In this document: positions 13,278 to 26,351 of the stretch, piece by piece | Layout: the number at the start of each line of letters is the position of its first letter | Numbering within the stretch: the first letter of the stretch is position 1 | Assembly (NCBI RefSeq): GCF_001194135.2 | Contig: NC_068981.1 | Location: forward strand, 26,937,345 to 27,001,344 | Reading direction: 5' to 3' | DNA length: 64,000 nt | Source: Octopus bimaculoides | Lineage: Eukaryota | Made by a program: the position numbers and the translations under genes | Notes under the pieces: generated by a model | What the model was told of the DNA's origin: nothing | What the model saw: only the letters and a program-made list of their open reading frames with translations | Database searches by the model: none

Positions 13278-15119
13278 TCAGCCCTGCTTTCCATATAATA
13301 ATGGGTTAGACTGTTTGCAATATTCCAAGTCAATCGTCATGCTGCTTGTATACCTATTCAGTCGAACCAATTATACTGCCTTGATATGCTCTGCTTGAGA
13401 TATTTGCTATGCTGTTTGTTCTTATTGTTATAGTTGCATTTGTTGTTCTTCTTTGTGTTACTCCAGGCGACAAACCCACGACTACGGTAACGATGATGAT
13501 CATGTTGCTATTATTCCTCTTACTGTATCTGCGCTACCGATGCTAGCAGCAAATGTAGGTTAGAAAAACAGACTTGCATTCCCGCAGATGTGGTGCATAA
13601 GTCTCCAGTTCTGATATAATGCGAAATTTTATCATACGCTTAAAACAAAATTGGTCAGATATCCTTATCAGGTCGACAAATATTTTCGGCAGGAGGACTT
13701 TGTGGTTTGTCCCCGCAGTTAGCTTGAAGATGGATACTGTGCTGATCCTGTCCTTATACCTATTCATTACAATTACAAACCAATCACTCCATGTTTGCAT
13801 TTGACTGCATTATTCTCGACCTCCAATATCCCACGTATGTTGGAAAGAGGACCAAGTTCTTTGACACGTACGTGATTATGATAATATATTTCACACTTTG
13901 TTACGATCTATACCTTTCCTGAACTGCTATATGGTATCTCATTCTTCATTCAGCCTATTTGAATAGATAAAACAAGAGAAAAAAAACTGAGATTGAGACA
14001 TAGCCGACCTCACGCACTTCTCATGAGGAATTCCGGAAGGAGCTTCGTGAGACCACCACTGAGACGCTTCCGAAAAACGAAAAGTCATTGGAAAACAGAT
14101 TATAGCAGCGACTTCATCTAAGAACATCTGAAGAAAGAATTGTATTCTGAAATATCATCGGACTATAGATAACTAAATTACAACAGGTATATAGTCCATT
14201 TTTTGTATTATAGTGCATTGTTGTACTATTCAAAACGTTTTATTCTTTACGAACAATACACAATGCTTCAAGCGAACTACAATATTCTCCTAACTGAAAG
14301 TGAGTTGGAAAGTAGTCTTGCAGCGATAAACTGAAAAAGAAATTCGTGATATAAAGCAAAATATGTTAATAAGAAAATTTAGCTTCCCATTGCACGGAAA
14401 TATTGTTTTGAAATATATCACACACATAAGAGAAGAACTATGATTACCTATAAAGATGATTGTACTAACTAAAATATATATTTACTATATCAAAATTTAA
14501 ATTGTCTTCATAATCAAATGTACGATGTTAGCATTAAAAATAACGACTAGATTTCATTGTTGTTGCATAGTTCCTAAGCAATCCTATGGGGCACAGACAG
14601 TTGGCAAAACGACGGAGCAGAACACACGGATCCATTTTCAGCATTGTACTCTTTCTCCACTGCACACTTTGGCATGCAGTGAGGAAAATCATATGGTGCA
14701 AATTGACAGTCCGAATTCCGACTAATCTACTCCAGTATGCCTGTACAACCTGCAGATGTCTTCAGCGAAGTGGAGTGAATTAGCGTTCCTCAGAGTGCCA
14801 CTGTTACTATTCCTCTGCATCTACTTTTGATGGTTTGCAACCCACAGCAATATGTGTGACCAGTAGCGTCTTTGGTTATCCAGTGACTTTTGCTGTATGT
14901 CAAGCAACCGCAAAGAGATTTCTTCGCTATCTCTTGTGAAATCTAATGATTTGGAAAGTTTTAAAGGTTTCAGTATAGTACGATATTAATTTAAGTGTTA
15001 TACATATTATACGCATGTTGTTAACCATGTATTTTGCAAACGGGATACTCCGAATATTTAGATTCGAAAAATAACGATGGGAACACTTATGTAGCGAGAC
15101 TTGTAAAAAAAACAGCATG

Positions 15120-17945
15120 ACACAATGTTACTTTGTAATGCAGACTCAACATTAAAATACAAATACAAACCAGTCAGACACAAATGAACCAGAAATTGTA
15201 AAAGCGTTGTTTGCTTCCCGACTAAAACTCTTTGGTAATATCACGGAATTAATTTACAAATCCGCAAACGCAAAGCGTACAATAATCAGGCGTCCAAAAA
15301 ATCATTACAGAAAAAAATGCAGAAAGGCAATTGAATAACGTTAGCTGCACAGAAAAATATATTAAAAGAACTACTAAAGTAGAGTAATATTTCACTGTTC
15401 ATACGCACACAATAGAGCATAACAGAATATAAAGGCACCACGACATACTTTACATCCCAAAGAGATGAAGTAACAGTAAACAAGGAACGGACAACTGCAG
15501 ATCTAACCTTACCAAGTGATAATGATAGAAAAGAAACGTGTCATCGGAATTCAATAGATGCTGAGAATTAAAAAAAATGCGATAAACGAAGCTAAATATA
15601 ATTTTGAAGAGATAAAAATTATAGAAACCAAAGGCGAACCAAGAAGATTCCACGCAACTTAAAAAGAGTTCTAACCAAATAATGGCAAAGCACATAAATG
15701 AAATAGATACAATAACCTCAAAAAATAATGATACACACACTGTGTGCAGTATCTAGCGCAGTGTGTTTCAAAATGAGATAGCTATAAAAAAATAAAACAG
15801 ATCTATTATTCAACAAGAGATAATTCGCAAAAGAAAAGGTATAACTCGAATAAGCGAGACTCAAAACTGGAAAAAACACAAATACAATAAACACAGCAAA
15901 TTGACATAGAACATTTAACACTCATGAAGGAAGTAGTATTGAATAATAAAAAAATATATTAATAATGAAAAATATTATTTCAAGGGCTAAAAGTTAAAAG
16001 GTGAAAAATACAGATTTGGAAAGTAAATCAAACAATTCATTGAAATGAAATGCTTAAATAAGATAAAGTTTTACAAGAAATGAAGTAACTAATGAATACA
16101 ACTAGAGGATCCACTAAAAGCAAAACTAGAAACCCTTTAACGCAATAATATGAGAAGTAGAAAAGCCTCATGTAATAGAACAAAATGTGTTAATCATATT
16201 GCACAACTCCTATAGAAAGATATCACTGTGCAAAGCATCAGGTCTCTATCCCAAGTACCAGATCCTCTGACTGAGGCAAGGAATTCTAGCATCAATATCC
16301 ACAGGAACAGATGAACCTGTAAACTGCTCACAAATCAGGTGTTTCTGCCCCTTAAAAGCCTTCAATATCAGCACTTATTCAGGTGATGTATCAATAATTT
16401 AACAGGATTAATCTTCTACATAAAGAAAGAAGCGTTTTAGAATGGACTCAAATAAACCGTAAAGTGAAGCAACTGCTAAGCAGGCAGTAGTAAATCTCAT
16501 ACAGAAAGCGAGCTTATATATAGGGCTTGGAAAAAAGGCATAGAAAGTTGAAATACTTTCGTGGATCTTTGAGTTAATGACAATGTATGAATTATAACAG
16601 TGAGTGCGATTCATAAACTGCAGCATAGCAGTATGGAAAATAAACGTTACTTTAAAATTCAACGTGTTACAGTTTTGGCACAGTTCATATCAAGGATATT
16701 TGTTTACATTTTATCTGTCTGGTCTGGTTTTTACCACCATTAAATTTGGCTCTAAACTATAGAAAAGGGGGTTAAAGATAATCGGAGATCTATATGTTAT
16801 TAAGTTATGCATGAAGCCTAGAAAATTCGCAAGTCATTGTTAAGAACACATGAGATGATATCTGGAAATAAACGAATGTGAATACTACCCAATGCGGTCA
16901 AATGGAATATGCAAAAGATATGAAAATTTGACGTACGACAAAGTATATCTCTGGCAATATTTCGACTTTATCACTCGAAAGCCGACAACATTAAATGTAC
17001 TTTTTAAGGATAATGGAGGAACTAGTAGTTTTGTGAAACTTTAGATGATTTAGAAACAGTGATTATTGTCAACGTAAATAGAGTAGGATGTACAACAATC
17101 TTAAGTAGTTAGAGATGGCTAAAATGAAATGGTTTCACACAAAGTAGTACAGAATTATTTAGCAGCAAGAGGAACTGCATCCATACGGAATCCTCAAGGA
17201 CTGGAAACACGCTTAGAACTAAATGCGTATATAGAGCAGAAAGAACAGATACAAAACACCGGTTAATTAATTAAAGATATAATTGCAATAAATATTAAGC
17301 TATGAATTGAGTACAGTGCGAGATGTGAAACACTGCCAAGGATAATTTTCCAAGATGAATTCAAAACATGTGTTCAATAAACGCCAAATGAAATGAAAGA
17401 TTGAAAGCTGTATTATTGGTTCAAGAACTAAATCTACCAAGTGCATATTACCAGAGTTATATACAGTTTTATAATATCCAACTGAAGGTTGCATGAATGG
17501 CAGCGTTGGGGATACTAGTTGAAGGCACCCAGTGAATGTGCCAGAATATATTAACAGCCAAATAGGGTTATCTACATTTAGTGGAAGAAATATAAAGAAA
17601 TAAAGTATTACACTAGTGGTAAGAATTAGGAAGGAATACATTGTATATCATTATGAAACAAGAAGTTCATGATATTATACAATTTTTCTCGTAGATTGTC
17701 CAAATGTAAACATTATGCAGTAAATGATGTTGAAAAATTCTCCAGCAATGAAATGAGAGATTGACATGCGAGAATCTGTGGTGCGGCCATAAAAATCGTC
17801 CCAGTCATGTTAATAGCATTTGCATTTTTGACGAAGGATTTGGGAAACATGGAAAACTGTCAAGAAAGTCATTCATAAGAAACGTTCTCATGATAATTTC
17901 CCAAAGAAAACCGATATTCTGAGTATAATACTACGAATAAAATGA
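15120..17945 (+). mobile_element. Heavily decayed R4/Dong-like (RLE-type) LINE
   Basis: Collinear broken motifs: VKWNMQKI*KFDVRQSISLAIFRLYHSKADN (cf. INW..ELQKLDRKTRKLLTMH..HPKAD); DNGG; AVLLVQELNLPSAYYQSYI (cf. AAQDQALPTRNY); KIVPVML (cf. IVPVVIGALG). Left boundary approximate. Confidence 0.7.
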
Positions 17946-18589
17946 AACAAAATCTAAAACAAAATACAAATAATTATAACCTAATTTACTTTCCTTTGGT
18001 GTCATAGAATATCTCTAGTGAAACAGAATAGACATAATGATATTCTATTTGATCAGACATATAATAATGTGTTTCAAAAACGTTAGAATAGTTAATATAA
18101 TCCACATTAATATTATACCGATGCTTACTTTATCAAGTCTATTAAAATGCCTATGTAAAGATCCTGTTTGCTTTATTATAGGCCCATATAGCCTCGTAAA
18201 TTGGATGAATTCATCTGTATGGAAATAAAGATTTGGTAAGGATTTGAACCCAGGATTCGGATAGACATAACTCAATATCATTTAATTACAACAATACACA
18301 TCTCTCTACAATACTAATAAAGAGCAAAAAACAGTAGCAGGAATAGCAACAACTACAATAACAAAAAAGTGACACAACAGATACATTGTAAAGAAAATAA
18401 AGAAACTGGCATAAAACACATAAAATTGCTAGATATTGCAAAGAAATGTACGTGAAAGGAAATAGAACTTTTATCATTTAATTAATGTTGTAGACTATAG
18501 AAAGAAGGTAACGGGGTGAAAAGAAAAAAAAATCACATTTCAAATGTCCCTTCACTCATATGATAAATCATCGAAATATTGACGATAAT

Positions 18590-18712
18590 GATATAAATAA
18601 TGAGCTGATGATGATGATGGAAGTGATCATGATGACGATGGTGATCATGATCATGATCATGAGGATGATGATGATGACGATGAATGCAATAAACATATGT
18701 GTAACCACAGAT

Positions 18713-18750
<38 letters not shown>

Positions 18751-18751
18751 T

Positions 18752-18790
<39 letters not shown>

Positions 18791-18870
18791 ATGGTGGTAG
18801 TGGTAGTGGTAGTGGTAGTGGTAGTAGCAGCAGCAACAGCCGAAGCAGCAGAAACAGCAGTATTGGTGGT
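18590..18870. repeat. Compound (GAT)n/(ATT)n/(GTA)n/(GCA)n microsatellite
   Basis: Directly visible. Confidence 0.95.
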
Positions 18871-19435
18871 AATAGCAGTAAGAGTAGGAAAAGGAAAACA
18901 AAACAAAATAAAATTGCAGTAGAAGTAGGAATGGTGATGATGTTTGTGGTGGTAAAAAGATTGTAGATGAGATATAATAACAAAAATAGTCATGGAGAAA
19001 AAAGAATAATCATTCAATTAGCGTTGATAAAATAACAACAAAAAAACAGCAAATAAACATGGCTGCCACATTAGTGAAACATTTGAAACAAAGATGTATA
19101 TATCCTATTTAAGAAACAACGGGCATCTTTAATACAGCAACAGGAACGCATAATCGTCGATATTAAAAAAAGGTTTAGACTTTTATATGTGAATATTTAC
19201 TCCCAAGCTTATGTATAATTATATTCACATACTTAGGTAGGTACAGGCATACGCATAGGCGGAGATATATACTGTTAATATACAACATGTTTAGTGAGCA
19301 TGACTATATACATACACAAACACGCGCATACACAGAAACACACACACACACATACATACATACATACATACATACATACATACATACTTACATACATACA
19401 TACATACATACATATGTATATATGTATATATAAGG

Positions 19436-19634
19436 GCGAATTCACAAAAGAACAAAAGACGAAGACAGATGGTGTAGACAACAAACATATGTATTAGTTT
19501 AACGCTCGGGAAGTGAAAAAGTCTTTAACGTTTCGAGCCTACGTTCTTCCACAGAAAAGAACACAGAAAGAAACAAGGAGAGAAAATAAAGAATGTGTAG
19601 TGCCTAGCGATCTATCATGGCGAATGACAGAATG

Positions 19635-19665
<31 letters not shown>

Positions 19666-19830
19666 AAACTTAAAGAAAAACAAAAGACGAACACAGGTGT
19701 AAGAACAAGTTTGACGCTTGGGAAAGTGAAAAGCTCTTTTATGTTTCGAGCCTACGCTCTTCAACAGAAAGGAATAACAGAAAATAATAAACAGAGAGAG
19801 AATGAAAAACAGCTTGTAGATTTCAGACGT
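19436..19830 (-). mobile_element. Two tandem Penelope-LTR-like repeat units, each with a hammerhead-like motif
   Basis: Direct repeat (caaaagacga..acaggtgt..acgct.gggaagtgaaaa..tttcgagcctacg.tctt.acagaaa) at ~19450 and ~19680, separated by (TA)n. Confidence 0.6.
19736..19772 (-). ncRNA. Minimal type I hammerhead-ribozyme-like motif (variant core); second copy at 19523-19558
   Basis: Minus strand CCUUU CUGUUGA A GAGC-GUAG-GCUC GAA ACAU A AAAG: stem I and a perfect stem II are present; core deviates at position 6. Confidence 0.45.
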
Positions 19831-19833
19831 CCA

Positions 19834-19867
<34 letters not shown>

Positions 19868-20228
19868 CTTAGGTATTGCTAGGAGAAAAACGTGGTGTAG
19901 AATTCAACATACTTATATTTCAGAACAAATTGTTAAATGAGTATAGAACTATAACAACAAAAAGAGTTGCCACAGAAAAACAACGGTTATGTTAAGAAAT
20001 TTATTAGCCTATAGCTGTTTCTACTATTCAATGCAGTGGACATTTAAATGAATGTCTGTATAACATCCTATACATTCATCGGAGCTACGACTACAATGCG
20101 GAATTTATTTGTGAAAAAAGAATTACATTTTTTTCTGAATATACAGGGAACCTATTACTAGTAAGAAAGCCATTTCTGATGTACATAGGAAAGCGTATGC
20201 ACCTTTGTTTCACATGTGTCATCATATT

Positions 20229-20298
<70 letters not shown>

Positions 20299-20418
20299 AT
20301 GCATCAATGGCAGACTTTACAAAGGTGACTCTAGAACCAAGACTTAAATGTTACATATGGAAATCTTGAGCTTTGACTCATCATTTAAATACAGTAGTAG
20401 TTGAGTAACATTCTTTAG

Positions 20419-20599
20419 GCCGCAATTTACTCACACGCACCATCTTTCAGAGCTTGTAGCTTATTCAGTTCTTAACCAAATTGAAAACACTGTTAATATG
20501 TTGGAAGAGGGCTGGTCCCTAGATAAATTTGGGAGTAAGAAATTTGAGATTTGGTCCAGTGGAAAAAAGTTTACATCAAAATCTGTAGCAATGTTATAG
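20419..20599 (+). CDS. Candidate terminal exon, copy 1 of a duplicated pair, unidentified product
   Basis: ttctttag|G CCG...; PQFTHTHHLSELVAYSVLNQIENTVNMLEEGWSLDKFGSKKFEIWSSGKKFTSKSVAML*; same frame and length as 30483-30663. A minus-strand exon reading is also possible. Confidence 0.45.
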
Positions 20600-23382
20600 G
20601 AGAGTAGGTAGCCCCAATATTCAAGTTTAAATATAAATAACTTCTTTATTTTGAAAGCAAAATATATTTATCTTAGCTGTAATGATAGACAAAAGATTTG
20701 AGGTAAAATATTACGAAAAAAGATAAGGCAAAAAATTGGATTTATGTATAATTAACATTTTTATTTAATTTTAAAAACAAACTATATTTTAGTTAAGCTT
20801 AAATAATAGAGCTCAGTTCCAGGAATTTCATGGTATCAATCTCATGCAATGAAGTTTAAAAAATAGGCATTGTGTCAAGACTAAAATTGTGAAGACTTGC
20901 CAATAACTCAGGCAATAACTATTCTATTTTTAGTACTAACAGATTATATACTACTATTGTCTTTTATACCATATTTTCAAATTTCTGATTATTAATTAAC
21001 AATTCAAAAATTGAATGTTTTTTTAATGTTTTTTAAAAATAACTCAACATATATTTTGCACTTCAAAAAACATTCGAGTTATTTTTAATTTTTAATAGAA
21101 ATAACAAGTAATAACAAGTAGAAATATTAACTTGTGATAAAATCTTTACTTTTAATGAAAGCTAATATTTTCTAAATCTAAATATTTTATTTGGAATTTT
21201 ATCCTTAGCTGCAATAATTTATGTAGAACTTTTCTTGTTCTGTACTTTACCAGATGTAATAAGTTGTTCTGAACTTTTCCTAGTGTAATATCTTGTCCTG
21301 TAAATTCCCATGTTTATCATCTTAAGAATATTATTTCTGTTGCTCTCATTTTTCCATATAACATAATATTCTAAATATTTTCAGCTTTAAATACTCATGC
21401 GTTCAGCTTTATTCTTCTGATAACAACGGACATACTCACGCATATGAGCGTGTTTATATGAAGAAGACCAGCAAGTACAAATACAAATGTGTTGTTTATA
21501 CGTAAATACTAGTAATTATCCACTTTAGTTGAAAATAGCTTTTTGAAATATATATAAACGCAGTATATCTACAGATATGCATTTTAGTTAATGTGAACAG
21601 ACATTTTAGCACATAATGTTGTTTCCATATATTCACACATATCAATAAATTTTTATCATGAAATTAGCTACTAGTGAGTGTCTTTTCTGTTGTACCGATT
21701 TTAGGTTACTTTGATTAGAAATGAAAACGATTTTATCTTGCTTATAATTTATTCTTAATCCTTAAAAGTGAGCCATGCCATATCCTGTACTAAGCTGTTA
21801 TTCTGAGCTACGAAGAAATTGAATCACTGAGGTTAATCTAGAGTTGATAGCTATTGTTTATTCATATTTTACCTACAATATTTGTTTTCTTTAACATGTG
21901 TATGAGATGATCGAAAAAATCATTTAAGGAAGCTTCATGCCCTCAACTCATCGTATCCTATCATTGAATATGAGCTCCACCTCTAAGTTTAATATATGTA
22001 CCAAATAGTTATATCTTAAATAATATTATTCTATTGTTTCAATATAATGACCCTGTGCATACATTTAATCAACAAATACTTCAGCTAACAACATTCGTGT
22101 TCTTGCTTTACAAGAAAGTTCGGTCTGCTGCATAGCAAAATATGTTTCTCTGTCATATACATTTTATGAACATATTTCAGTTTAATTAGATCTCATATTC
22201 TTGTTGCAGAATATACTGAGTTCGTCGTTTGTAATAGAACATATTGAATATCCCGGATATTCAGCTTCATGAAAGAATTGGTTAGAACTTCACATACAGA
22301 ACGTGAAATATTTCCTAAACAATAATTACCACTTGAAAATATTCTTGATCTATTGATGAACAATATCATGTTATTCTCTGTATTTTACTGGCACACTCAT
22401 AGTAGGAAGATGGAGACGATCGGACATCATTATAAAAGAAAAAAAATGTTCCTTTGCTTGGTAACTAAAAGAGACATAATTAAAAATATCGATGTAGCCA
22501 ATCTAATAAATCTTAGCACTTTCAAAATATTCATCCATTTGTAAGTTAAATATTATTACAGAGTCAAAAACTTGAAACTCCTAATTATTAAAACACCACA
22601 ATCCGCAACGTTGATTACAGCAAGCGCACACTACTGAATGATTCAGTTCAAAAAGAATCCTTTATCATTTAGCTTGCGCAGCAATTGCCGAAATGTTAGA
22701 AAGATAGACCTGAAGAAAACGAATTTGTGCATTATCAATAGGTGTCTTTTTTTCTGCTTCATACTGTCATGAATTTGATTACATTCATGACGCGTGTCTA
22801 AGAAACAACAGATTAAAAAAAAAATTCATGATTTATTAGCCATACTTTGAAAATACAAAAACAATGCTGATTAGTTATTGATATTATTACGGTTTGAAAG
22901 AGTGTTTCTCTATATTAGTTTTCCCATATAGGTTACTTGAACTTCTATATTCCTGTTTGGCTATATCTGAAGAGTAACATTTTTTTACAGTGACTGCTAT
23001 ATACCTTATTTTGTTTAAGAAGGTAATAGACATTTTTGTACCTGTTAGATTTTGAACATCAAGATTTCGTCTTTACTATTTTTACCCTTTTAACCTTAAG
23101 TTTTATTTTTTGGAGATACTTCTATTAGTCCAAAATAATATCGTGTAATGCTTTTAATTTGCTATTTACTTTCACCCATTGATTTTCATTCTCATGATCT
23201 GTAGTTTTAGAAATTCTTGTTCTTAACGCTTTCACATATACATATTTATTTATAGTTTTTTGCTTTTCTTATTCTAGTTCGTTTTATGTCCGTCAGTAAT
23301 ACACACCTATTTTTTTCTGTATCGTTTGTTGCGAGTTGTGATGTCTATGTTCAATGTTTCAATCTTTGCCTATTTTTCCAAA

Positions 23383-23590
23383 GGCGGCGAGCTGGCAGAA
23401 ACGTTAGCACGCCGGGCTTACCGGTATTTGGTCCGTCTCTACGTTCTGATTTCAAATTCTGCCGAGGTCGACTTCGTCTTTCATCCTTTCGGGGTCGATA
23501 AATTAATTACCAGTTGCGTACTGGGTCGATGTAATCGACTTTCCCCCTCCCCCAAAATTTCGGGTCTTGTGCTTAGAGAAGAAAATAATC
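23383..23590 (+). mobile_element. SINE family B, full length
   Basis: ggcggcgagctggcagaaacgttagc (A-box-like), ttcaaattc (B-box-like), ttcatcctttcggggtcgataaattaattaccag central block, gggtcttgtgcttagagaag tail. Confidence 0.9.
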
Positions 23591-25548
23591 TTTGCTTATG
23601 TTTCCGTTACATATTTTTTATTGGTTATTCTTTCTACTATATGTGCGCGCGCACATTCACACATAATTATCTTATTGATTCTGCACTGATTTGTGCGTTC
23701 GGATCGCGACACGTCACGCCTGCGTATCTGTGTTTTACAGAGCATGACAAAATGCATTTAACATATAAGAATTGGCTGATGAAGATGACTTGAATATATC
23801 CAAGTTGGAATGTCCGAAGCAACGTATCAGTGATAAATAAAGTAGAAAAAACAATTATTTGCTTATATAAACTGTTTCCATAAAAACTGCGTTGCTTTTA
23901 CCGAGACAGATGTTCACACCATACACCAGATAATGCACCATTTATCTATAAGCAAAACTTTTTTTTTTATAATAGATGAAAATTCCATGGTTTAGTACAT
24001 GAAATTTGTGCTGCTGGTACTTGATCGAGTGGTGTTTTCAGAATTGAGACTCCATTTAAAATAAACGCAACTTTATTTGATAGATATTTTCATCCCTTAC
24101 TACTTGTTATATCACTTGGTACAAAAATTTCCCTCCTTTTATTCAAAGAATACGGACTTCTACAAAAATTCCCCGAAGAGAAAACTAGCCGCAATTAGGT
24201 ATGTTATTGCTTGAGTTTCTGAAGACTCAAGCAGAAAGTTACACTTCCAAATCTGTGGCCATCAAAATTCTAATTCAGACTTTTATCCTCCCATTTATAT
24301 CATTTGATTGCTTTTACAAGTGTATTAACTAATATCTACTAAATTATATCAACACACTTCTCTTTATCCTTGACGTTTAGGTATATTGATTTCTCAATTC
24401 AGGACTGTACTATACTTTTCTTTATGAGGGTATATAGTCGATTTTAGCCAACTCAGTATTTCACTACTATTTATTCCAGTTTATTCAATGGAATACACCA
24501 ACATTTTTGAAAATATGTCGGCTATTTTGCTAACGAATGAAATTGCGTCTTGAAATCTATTGAGTTAGAGTTACCAGTTCCTTTTTTTATTTCGACATAT
24601 TCTTTGAAAGTGAAATCTATATATAAAATAAAATTACAAAAATATAACTTCCGTTTTGCAATATCGGAAATATAATTTATACGCACATACATATACACAT
24701 ATACATATATACACACAAATGTATCGAATGAAAAAAAAAATTATGTATAAAATACAGAAAAAAATGAGAGAATCAGCTTGTTGCAATTCATTTCATTTAT
24801 GCTTTATAATAGTTTTGAAAAGGAAAAAAAAGGAAAAAAAAATAGCCAGAACAAAATGAAGATTGGCAGAAGATAAATAAGGGGGAAAAGAAAATATAAA
24901 GAGAAAATACACAATCATAAGAAAACGTTTTAGTTATAAATTCAATTCTCTCTAGCAAATGGTTACTGGTTTATTTCACCAAGGATTGATAATTAAGCGA
25001 TATCTTGCAGAGGCATTGATATTGCCAGCGCGATAGATTAATCCAAATATCTATTTTTTTTCTCATGTTAAACGGGCAAACTTCACGTGATAGCACCTCT
25101 TTTATATTTTTTAGATATATATATTTATTTTTGTATTTTTATTTCGCAATTTTTAAGCATTTGATGTCGGGCAGATGGTTTTGTTGATTTTTTTTGTTGT
25201 ATTTTTGTTAGTATTAATGTAGTTGATATACTTGATGTTGTTGCCGTTGTTGTTTTACTGTTACTTTCAATAAAATGTTTTGTGTTTTCTTTTGGCACGA
25301 CATCTAATTTCCTACTGAAAACGTTGCAGATTGTTTTGACATGTCCCACGGTGTGACGTGTTGGAAATGATCACACCCGTCTTCAAATGATGCTGCTGTC
25401 ATGAATATAAGAATTGAGAGTGACGGTAGATTGCCACTCGGAAGACACGTCTTTCTGACCACTGCTTCGCCGTCAGCCTTATCAGTATCCTCATTGCTTT
25501 TGGCTTTCGTCTTACAAGTTGTCATTCTCAACATCGGTGACATGATGC

Positions 25549-25630
25549 TGAAGAAGAAGAATAAGAAGGAGAAGAGGGAGGGGCAGGATAAGGAGGAGGG
25601 GCAGGAGAAGAAGAAGAAGAAGAAGAAGAA

Positions 25631-25662
<32 letters not shown>

Positions 25663-25805
25663 CGAAAAAGAAGAAGAAGAAGAAGAAGAAAAAGAAGAAG
25701 AAGAAGAAGAAAAAGAAGAAGAAGACGAAAAAGAAGAAGAAGAAGAAGAAGAAGAAGAAGAAGAAGAAGAAGAAGAAGAAGAAGAAGAAGAAGAAGAAGA
25801 AGGGA
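25549..25805. repeat. Long (GAA)n homopurine tract
   Basis: ~250 bp of almost pure purine; explains the poly-K and poly-F ORFs. Confidence 0.98.
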
Positions 25806-26351
25806 AAGAAGTTCAAAACATCATAAGACTAATGATTGTAATTATCAACATCACTATCATAGTCATTACAGGGAATATATACATGTTCAATATTATTATT
25901 GTGATCTTCCTTTTGCAGAAGAAATAAATTCAACTACATAAATACTCATTCGTACGTAGGCAAAAAAGTATTCGTAATAGTATATGGGCAATACGCATAT
26001 TTAGGAATGCATACATGTATGTATAAAATCGGTAAGTGTTCACACGATTGGCGCCGGAAGAATGAAATTCAACGTTACGTTCAGCGGGATCGAAACAAAG
26101 TAAATATACTTTACAGAAATTTTGATAAATTTTGCTGGATCTTTTAATCTCGGTGCCATTTAATGATACATTTCAGAACGTTGCATGCGTAAAGTCGTTA
26201 CAGTTATCTGACTGGCATTAATGCGTGAAACAGTGGTGTGAGTTTTGAAGACTTCGGTCTATTGTCAAACGTATTAAATATGGGTTTATTAGCAAAAGCC
26301 AAATATGATAACTATCGTAATAATATTAATAATAATACAAATAAAAGTGCT

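Noticed and set aside
18182-18235. Exon-like segment with a good acceptor and GTAAGG donor
   Set aside because: Stops in all three frames.
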